Source: Trichoplax adhaerens
Lineage: Eukaryota; Animalia; Placozoa
Reading direction: 5' to 3'
NCBI RefSeq assembly: GCF_000150275.1
Contig: NW_002060944.1
Span: 5,865,102 to 5,929,101 of the forward strand
DNA length: 64,000 nt
Part shown: piece by piece, positions 54,901-64,000 of the stretch
Position numbering within the stretch: position 1 is the first letter of the stretch
Layout: each line of letters begins with the position of its first letter
The notes under the pieces: model-generated
Databases searched by the model: none
The model's input: only the letters and a program-made list of their open reading frames with translations
Told to the model about the DNA's origin: nothing
Made by a program: the position numbers and the translations under genes

Positions 54901-57370
54901 TAGATACCAGAATCTTAGAACAGTTCCCGCATACAATAAATTTATTCAAGAACGATTTGAAAGATGCCTTGATTTGTATTTATGCCCAAGACAGAAAAAA
55001 GACAGGGTAAGGCACTTTGTTATTAAAGCCCAGCGTTCTGCTTGTACACTTAGCTTGCTTCTCTTTAATTTTTAAATCATTTTCATTTGATAGATACAAA
55101 TTGACCCAGATGAACTCTTACCAAAATTACCTAAACCAGCTGATCTCCAGCCATTTCCGTCATCTGAACGAATTGTATATATTCTTTTGCTTAATTTATT
55201 CGATCAAAAAATAAATTTCGATAAATTTATCAAGCTACATATCTATTCCACAAGGTTTATAAGGGCCATACATCAATTGTTAGGAGTATCAGTCTTAGTC
55301 CTAGTGGTAGATGGATGGTTTCAGGTCAGTTTATAAAATTATCGAATTTTTTCACGTAATTTAAGAGTAGAATATCTAATAAATTAGTAAACTCTAACAT
55401 TTTGTCGCGAAATATCAACAGGAAGCGATGACAAGACTGTTCGATTCTGGGATGTTGATATTGGTAGATGCATCAAAACCATTACATTTGAAGATTCAAT
55501 TATGGTAGTATCCTGGTGCCCAAACCCGATGGTCAATTTGGTATTGATAGCTTGGTAAAATAATTACAATATGGATCTAACGCATATAACTAAGTACTGT
55601 ATTGACGTATTGATTTTTCTTAATGTAATCGAAGCGGTCAGCAAGTTAGGATTATTAATCCTGCTCTCACTGAAGATGATAAGGCTAAAACTAATGTAAC
55701 AGATGAAGTCATAAAATCAATCCCAATAAGTAGTTCACAGGGTACTGAAAGTTTAGCAAATACTTGACCTTATGACTTATTAAATTTTATTAAACTTCCG
55801 TCATTAATTTTTGGTAAACTTGTGGTCTACGGTTAAATTCAGAATAAGCTTTTCTATAAAATTTTAGACAATTCGGCAAAGTGGATTATGTCGGATGAAA
55901 ACAGCTACAACACGGGAGAGCGGATTGTCATTAAGTGTTCGAATGTAAATTGCAATAATTAATTAATAATAATTTCTAAAGATATGATATTCTAATACCT
56001 AGATTCATAAATAACGTAACTGTTGAATGCTTCAGAATGTAGATTGTATTACATGGCATAATAAGGGCGACTATTTCGCTACTGTTCATCGAAAAGGTAA
56101 ATTTGTTAACGTTAAATCGTTTTTGCTATTATTTCCAAAAATTTATTTTGTTATGAACTACCAATTTAAAATTTTCTAAAAGGAGGAAATAAGTCAGTAC
56201 TAGTTCATCAGCTATCAAAGGCCCGCACCCAAGTATGGTTAACCTTGATTTCGTTACTGCGATGTTCTATATAATCTTGGATGTTTTTTTGTCTATAATA
56301 AGCTGAATGGAATGATAATAATTATATTTATAATCGTGTAGGTTCCATTTAAACGTTGCCGTGGCCTTGTGCAATGTGTTCAATTTCATCCTAATAAACC
56401 ATTTATGCTTGTAGCGGTAGGAATTTTAAATCGGCAAATTGATGCATTTTTGGCAACAACAATTGATGCAAAAGTGTATTAACTGCTAATCTCTTGATGT
56501 TTTAGACTCAAACATATATACGCATCTATAATCTGGTAAAGCAACAACTCGCTAAGAAGCTATCTAGTGGAGTAAAGTGGATATCGAGCTTAGCTGTCCA
56601 TCCACAAGGTTAAATTTAATGGATTGATTACCTTCAGTAGCTTCTAGTGTTAGAAAGATTGAAAGAAATATTACAGCTATCCCGTTATTGTTTCTTACAG
56701 GAGATAATATCATCATTGGAAGTTACGATGCACGTTTATGTTGGTTTGATGTTGACTTGTCTACCAAGCCATATAAAACCTTAAGGTATTCATACACTGT
56801 ATAAGCCATAGTATTCTTTTACGTTTTCTAGTTTAGCTAATATGCATGTAGATCTAATGTCTAATTTAATATAAACTGTATTATGTTTCGTTGCTAAATA
56901 GGCAACATAAAATGGCTATTAGAAGTGTGGTTTTCCATAAATGTTATCCCTTATTTGCATCTGCAAGTGACGATGGCACAGTAATAATTTGTCATGGCAG
57001 AGTTTTTAAGTAAACGGAATTCATACTGAATAAAGTTTATATTCGTGCAGTAAATGAGATCTTGTCGGTACTAAACTTTTATATAAATTTATGTGGTTAC
57101 CAATCTAGTGACCTAATGCAAAATCCTCTAATAGTTCCTGTTAAAATTTTACGAAGTCATACCATTTCCAATGATCTCGGTTAGGGAGCGAAACATTAAT
57201 ACGTTTTTTTAATCTAGTACTTATCCTTAGCATCAATATATAAATATGAAAGGTCTCATTTTTATTATTTCTATTAATTATTGACAGGAGTTTTAGATTG
57301 CACTTTTCATCCATCGGAACCTTGGCTATTGAGTGCCGGAGCTGACGGCACAATCAGATTATATTCATAA
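51931..57370 (+). CDS. BOP1: Ribosome biogenesis protein BOP1/Erb1 (WD40)
   Basis: Acidic N-terminus ending EEDSSDEE, then [79 protein letters not shown] repeats, [14 protein letters not shown] and [21 protein letters not shown]. Stop at 57368-57370. Confidence 0.97.
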
Positions 57371-57823
57371 CTGCTAATTGGTAATATTCTACTATACGAA
57401 CGAATATCATAAACAGCTATATCAACGGTTACAATAGCCGGAATAAATTCCTTCTGTATGATAAAATTATATGATACATGAATAAAAGAAGTGTAGATCT
57501 TTTTTCTTACTTCTTTAGCGTATCTAGCCAATTATTAGAAAAAGCAAAACATTTTCCTTATTTCACCTAATTTTGGATATGAGATCTAAACAGCTTGTAA
57601 ATAAGTTTTAATTATACTGCTTCATTTAGCATTCTTTGAATGACGAACAGATTGTAGTGGTATCGCAACGACAATCTGTCAAGTTAATATTTATAAAGTC
57701 AGACAATGAAATACTCACATTAAACATACATCAAGGCCGTAAGTACAATAATTCGAGATAAAGAATTGCTTCAGTTTTTCCAAAAGAAAATGAAGACAAT
57801 TCCTACTTATAACTAGAGTATTA

Positions 57824-60792
57824 TTAAATAAGTGTACAATCGCCTCCTTTTTGCCCTCCCTGCAATCTACCTTCTACTCTTTCAATTTCCTCTAAAGCGC
57901 CTAGAAATACTTGTATGGCACTCTAATAAAATAAAAAAATACGCGTATATAGTAGATTGAGATTTTTAATAATATGTCGGTGCTAACAGAAGTTAGAAAG
58001 GTATGATCTTCATAGAATTAATAGTTCAATATAGTCTTACAAAAAGCATACGCATTAATATGGAAAGCATACCTCATGACTTTTAGCAGTGGATTCTACA
58101 AATGTTGCATTCCATGAATTTGCAAGCTTTTTTCCATCTTCTGAACTAATAACTCTGAAAATAAGTTTATTACAGCAAACGAATAAATGTCAGTGAAACA
58201 ATCGCATATAAATAAAAACATCTCTGCGAAATGATAGGTGTAAGGCTTACCTTTCCATGTGCAAATCGCTCTTATTGCCTACCAATATCATTGGAACACT
58301 GATAAAAATGGCGCAGATTTTAGAATGATTACATTAGATGTACTGAAGTTTAGCTGTGAGCATTATAATAAAACATTTATTTGAGTAATGTTAATATCAA
58401 ACTTACTGAGTCGTCCCGGTCATATCTAGTAATTTTTCTCGTACATCTTTAACTACTTCAAAGCTATTCAAAAGGCAGTAGTAATTATAGTTACTAAGAC
58501 ACATGCTATTGTAAGATCAATTTTAAAGCCAACTTATAGCAAGGAATATTCACCTCTTATTGCTAGTTATAGAATATACCAAGATGTAACCGTGAATATC
58601 CATAAAATAGGATTGTGGCAAGACTGCATACTCATCCTGTTGCAAATTGTTCATCGCAAATGTAATTATTAGATAATATCGAAAGCTAGTAATTACAAAT
58701 AACATGGTTTGTACGAGTGATAAAGATTTCATAAAGAGTACTTTTAGAATTACGGTACAAGATGAACGACAACAAGTTAAGGACAAATTTATTAAGTTAA
58801 AAGATTATTCTACTGTTACGACAAAAAGTCTTACCTGGCCAGCCGTATCAACAATAGTTGTGCGGTATTCTATCCCCCTGTGTTTAATAGTATGTTCAAA
58901 GGCTGCATAAAGAAAAGGACTAAAATTAAATTATAATCTACTTGGTAGATCCTGTAGACTGAGTGTAGAGTTATGGTGTGCAACATGATAAATATCGCAA
59001 ACTACTATTCAATGTACGTTATTACTGTCAGCTTTTCGCAATCGTAAGTAGTTATCATAATGATTAAAGATATATTGAATTTAAATTTTAATGTCATGGT
59101 AAGACAATATAGCAAATTGAGGTACCAATAGCCCTAGTGACGATAATCATTACAGTAAGGCAAATTTCGACTACTCATCAAAGTTTAAAAAATATACGAT
59201 TGTACTATCTTACAATGAAATATAACGTACTAAGCTATTTATGAAGTTAATTGAATAAACGAGATACGAATAAATAATTGATTGGAGGATAAAGCCTAAA
59301 TCTTCTAGATAACAACTACAGCGAATTCTTAAGATTGATAGTTGGTAGAGGTATTCTTCGATTACTGTAGTTTTTAAGCACAAGTTGCATGTCCAATACT
59401 TGTGGAATAACCCAGGCACTTTATAGCAGAAGCTACGATAGAACTTTGTATGGGTAACAATTTTTGTATTCTAAGTTTAATGACTACTTTACATTCCTGT
59501 CGATATGGAGTAAATCTTAGCATAACTTAGCAAAGAAACTTACACCCGCCAATAGTAGGATCGTAAGAGGCCACAAATTGATTATCAACCAATTGAATAA
59601 TAAGAGAGGATTTCCCTAGTTAGTAAATAATATAATGTTCATTAATAATTGCATTCTAGGAAGTATGTGCAAATAGTGAAAGAGAATCATCCACTGTTGT
59701 AGAAAATATTGTCACTTTGAGATTGAAAAAGAATGGTTGCTGGGTTAATTGAATATTATACAGTAGTGTTTGATTGCTGCCCAGGGGATATCAATTTTGT
59801 ATACTTTACAATAATAACTCGTACGTCGTGATAAGCTGTTGATATGTCGTCTTTATCCATTGGATACTTACGTTACTCAAAGCTTCTATTTTGCAGTAAG
59901 ACTAGATCACTGTAGGGTCTTGAAATTTAGCCAATTTAGGTGTATTTCCTTGATTGGATTGAATTACGATTACAAATTGACCGATTTGTACACTCTATAA
60001 TACAGTACAGACGTCCATTTCATCTTGCAATCGTGGTTGAATAAAAGGCTACAATGGAGTCTAAATAATGGATCAACTTGGTGACTATTGAAAATCACAT
60101 CCATTAAGTTTAATAGAAGCTAAAAGCGACGTTTACCTCATCCTTAGTGATAGCATTCTATCAAGAGGAATAAAAATGACCAATCATTCCAATTTACCCT
60201 ATGATAAATACCTGGTGGTGCTCTATCAACTGATGGAAATACGTTACACTTACGAGAGCAGCATTGACGACTACATCAATGTCTGGATTTTTGGATTGCT
60301 ACTGTACTCGTCGTATGTCTATCTCGTTTTTCATCGAAGAGGAAGGATACACTAAAGTGAAAATCATCATCCAGCAAGTCTAACAACTCATTTTGATGAT
60401 CATTATCCTCCATCATGTGTTGATCGATAGTAGAATTATCGTATTCGATAAGTTTTTTTTTTCAATAACGATTGACTAGATACGTTTATTTACCTCCGGT
60501 TGATTATCTAACAACATACCACTTCTCATCACTGCACTACAGTATACATCCTACGTACGTACACCTGTAGCAGTATGGAAACTCAGCCTGAAGAATACCG
60601 TCCCACTTGGTTGTTTTGTATTGGATATCAAGCCGAGACACAACTACTTTCAACTAGTTAAGTCATTATATTCATTCAATGGTGAAAGAAATGATCATCA
60701 ATAGTGGTCATTGCTTATTCTAACTTGTCTTCTATCAACTTACCAACTTGCCTAAAGCCTAACACACATAATTTTCTCGATTTAGGCGGCAT
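57824..60792 (-). CDS. RHEB: Rheb small GTPase with divergent P-loop and switch I
   Basis: MPPKSRKLCVLGFRQVG|KSSLIIQLVDNQFVASYDPTIGGS|FEH...VDTAGQ|DEYAVLPQSYFMDIHGYILVYSITS, LVGNKSDLHMERVIS, LANSWNATFVESTAK, and CaaX CTLI*. The Rheb-specific Arg in G1 is present. Confidence 0.92.
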
Positions 60793-60904
60793 GATAAATT
60801 ATAACCAGTCTGAGTGAGGCAAAAACTTGCTGATGGCAATCAAGCACAGTAAAATTGAACTAGTCCAAAGACTCTAAACCATAATGACCGTCATGACAAT
60901 CGGT

Positions 60905-61080
60905 TACTGTCCACTGTCCAATGTACTGTAGTCCTACAAAGCGTACTGTACTGTACTGTCGACGTTTAGTACAGTACTTGATTTATTATCAAATTGAGCA
61001 AATGACACAACACTTGTACTGTACTTGTACAGTACAGTATATGTCATATACAGTACTGTACACTGTACACTGTACAGTAT
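60905..61080. promoter_or_regulatory. TACAG/CTGTA array upstream of RHEB
   Basis: GTACTGTACTGTACTGT and TACAGTACAGTA runs 110-290 bp from the ATG. Confidence 0.55.
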
Positions 61081-61765
61081 GGCGGCTACACTACTTCGCT
61101 TTATTAGGCTAGGTTAAAGTAGATCCAGATCGATCCCCCCCTTTTTTTTTTTTACTGTCATGGAGCTTAGGGGTAGTGATATCAACCATGAACTACCCAA
61201 AGAAAACTAGTAGTCTGTGCATCCACTGCACTAACTAGCCAACCAACCGCAACGTTAACATGCACTAATAAGATGGTCTAGTAGTCCAGGGACTCCGGTG
61301 TAGTTACCGAACTGTACAGTATGTGTATGACGGCTACACAACTTTGCTTTATTAGATCCCCCTTCCTTTTTTTTTACTGTCATGGAGTTTCGGGGACTGC
61401 CCAAAGAAAACTAGTAGTCTACTGTGTATGTATCCACTGTACTAACGAGCCAACCAACCGCAACGTTAACATGCATTAATAAGATGGCCTAGTAGTCCAG
61501 GACTCGGTATACAGTAGTTAGCAAATTTAGCAAATGACACAACACTTGTACTGTACTGTATGTGTATATGGCGGCTACACTACTTCGCTTTATTAGATCC
61601 CCCCCCCCCTTTTTTTTGGTCACTGACATGCAGTTTAGGAGTAGTAATATCAACCATGAACTACCCAAAGAAAACTAGTAGTCTGTGCATCCACTGCACT
61701 AACTAGACAACCAACCGCAACGTTAACATGCACTAATAAGATGGCTTAGTAGTCTATGACTCGGT
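60997..61765. repeat. Degenerate ~200-290-bp tandem repeat, 3 copies
   Basis: GGCTACAC..CTT(C/T)GCTTTATTAG, GATC(C)n(T)n, CCCAAAGAAAACTAGTAGTCT and CAACCAACCGCAACGTTAACATGCA.TAATAAGATGG each occur three times. Confidence 0.9.
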
Positions 61766-62936
61766 ATAAGAGGTCTGGTATACAGTTTGATTAGGCCGTT
61801 TGTTGTTGTTAACATATTGCAGCTGATTTAGTAGTATGATACTGATACAGTACCTACACAACAATACTATTGATAGCGCTCTATTTTAGAGACATGTTTG
61901 CCTATCCAATTGACTTCATCTATAGCACCAGGACAGCTGCAATTTGGACAAAAATGCCCAAGAAAATGATTCGATTTGGCTATGAAATGAAAAACTAGAA
62001 CATACGATATTCCACTGTACTGTATAGTGTACAGCATAAGGCTCAAGACAATGATTTGATTGATTTTATTTTCGGTATGCCTTTGCTACACGGCATTTTT
62101 GCATCATCGCCACTTTTCATGAAGAAAAACTAACAGAAATTCAGCAAGTCTTTGTCTTAAATAGGCCAGAAAAGCAGGCGTACATACTGTATACATACGT
62201 ATTTAAATAGTAGAGGAATAAATGAGTATGCCGGGATGGCTGTACTTTACAGCATCCAGTCCAGTATCAATCATTTTCTCTGGGCTAGACATTACTTACT
62301 ATAAGAGTATAATTATATCAGATCCTATTGAACCAAATGCAGAGGCCTAATAGTTATTATTAATAATCCAGTATAAAGTGCACGTTTCCATTTCGAAATG
62401 CGATTTGAACCTACAATAGTCGAGCAGAATAATCAACCACATAAGACTTGGCTTAAACCGGTAGTTTACTTTTCATTTCTTGACAATTTCGTTGATATGA
62501 TGCCTTAGTTTATAGGTGTAAGGATGCTACTAACACCATTAGTATAATTATTATGATGATAATAACATTTCAGTGAACTTATGTAAGTTTAGGACATGTT
62601 AATATTAATCTTAAATTAAATAGGCTTTACCAGTGGACGTAAGTTAATAGCAGTATTGAGTAGCAGGTAATTTCATAACGATACAATGTACTCCGTTATC
62701 TATTCTGTTACTAGCATAATAATAATTTTCCCTGAAATTACCTACTGTAGTTTGCACTCTATTTTAACCATAACCTGTGTATGAGCTTTTGCTCTTTCTA
62801 AGTCATCACTTTCAAAAACTATAAAAATGGATAATATATTAGAATTTATTTTACTTTTCGATGTCAATATTACACTTCGTACTCTCAAGAGCAAACGGTG
62901 GATAGCTTCAATGCGTTGAGGTCTGTCGGATGCTCC

Positions 62937-64000
62937 TTAATGAACGGCAGAATGGAGCATTTTTGCCTTTAATGAATCAATTTCACTTTGCTTTTGTTCC
63001 AAGGAATCATGACATGCAGCTAGTTCTTGAATCATCAGATTCATTTCTTGTTCCGAACTCGCCCGTGTTTCGCACAGTATCTGTATTTGTGCATTTTTAG
63101 TGGACAATTCTTTCATTAACTCTTCCTTTTTTGCTTGTAATTCCCTTTTAGCCATCGTTTCATCATCTTGCAGGGGATAATATTGGTTACCCATATTAGC
63201 TTTATCTTTGGCAATTTTGATTTCATTTTGAAGTCGATAGCATTCAATGACTTTGTCTTTGTAGGCTTCTTTACTCATATCTAACCTAGCGTATAAATCT
63301 GCAACCTGCCGTTTTAGGTTAGTATTTAACTCAACTGCGAATTTCAGATTGGTTTGGGAATCCGATAATCGTCGATACAAAGCTTTTCCTTTTTTCACTG
63401 CATCCACATGTTGTTCTTCTAAATGTTCGTGAGCAACATACAGCGCCATTGTCGAATTTTTAGCGCAAGTCTTTTCTTCTCTCTCTTTATGGCGTAGTTC
63501 ACGGCTTAACCTTTCAATTTCATCTTGATAACTTTTCGATTCTTCCTGGAGTATTCTAATAATCTCTTCAAAGTCACTATTATGATTCTTTTCTATAGTC
63601 AACGCATCAGTGCATTTCTTAACTTCTAATTCTATTACTTGAGCGCAATCAAGCAACGTACGACTATCGAAATTCTCAGCTTCTTCATGGTCATCCTTCC
63701 GTCTCAAGATATTTATACTGCCTATTAATGAATCCTTGACTAAGGTATCGTTGGCTTGTGATGATTCCATCAAACTCTCTAGATGACTAATTACATCTTT
63801 AAGTTCGTCGTTTCTTACGTGGGCATTTTGTAAATCATCATTGGATTGATTTAGCATATCTTTGATGGTAGCTATCTCGGTAGTATTATTTTCGATAATC
63901 TCTTGCAGATTTGTAATCATTGCTTTTAGTTGTTGGTTTTCCAGTGATGCATTATCTACTGTAAGGGAATATTGGCCTTTCATTTGCTCACTTTCGGAAA
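62937..64000 (-). CDS. Large exon of an unidentified coiled-coil protein; reading frame open to the right window edge
   Basis: >=348 codons of E/K/L/Q-rich heptad-like sequence; the frame continues upstream of the listed Met (SESEQM). Confidence 0.75.
   Translation of the reverse strand, partial: SESEQMKGQYSLTVDNASLENQQLKAMITNLQEIIENNTTEIATIKDMLNQSNDDLQNAHVRNDELKDVISHLESLMESSQANDTLVKDSLIGSINILRRKDDHEEAENFDSRTLLDCAQVIELEVKKCTDALTIEKNHNSDFEEIIRILQEESKSYQDEIERLSRELRHKEREEKTCAKNSTMALYVAHEHLEEQHVDAVKKGKALYRRLSDSQTNLKFAVELNTNLKRQVADLYARLDMSKEAYKDKVIECYRLQNEIKIAKDKANMGNQYYPLQDDETMAKRELQAKKEELMKELSTKNAQIQILCETRASSEQEMNLMIQELAACHDSLEQKQSEIDSLKAKMLHSAVH

Overview
AT-rich (~30-33% GC, estimated by eye), gene-dense eukaryotic DNA with many short GT-AG introns. 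It resembles an early-branching animal, most likely a placozoan such as Trichoplax; this is an inference and was not confirmed by search. Exons assembled by hand support the following genes in order: the first coding exon of a natriuretic-peptide-receptor-like guanylyl cyclase (-), intronless MRPL36 (-), two complete tandem AGMO paralogues (-), SMARCE1/BAF57 (+), HAT1 (-), TBC1D5 (+), ENTR1/SDCCAG3 (-), BOP1 (+), a RHEB with an atypical effector loop (-), and the 3' part of a coiled-coil gene (-). Most other short ORFs in the track are spurious. Unexplained signals: (i) a ~250-nt candidate structured RNA next to the MRPL36 promoter, with two homologous hairpins, G-U-consistent variation and a closing stem followed by TTTT; (ii) two more GC-rich, hairpin-rich non-coding islands at 27.7-28.2 kb and 42.5-43.1 kb; (iii) a shared promoter grammar of (TACAG/CTGTA)n arrays plus GTACTCTAG and TAGTCCA words at housekeeping genes; (iv) a RHEB switch-I sequence YDPTIGGSF; (v) adjacent retromer-associated genes and Hox-paralogon-like gene content.
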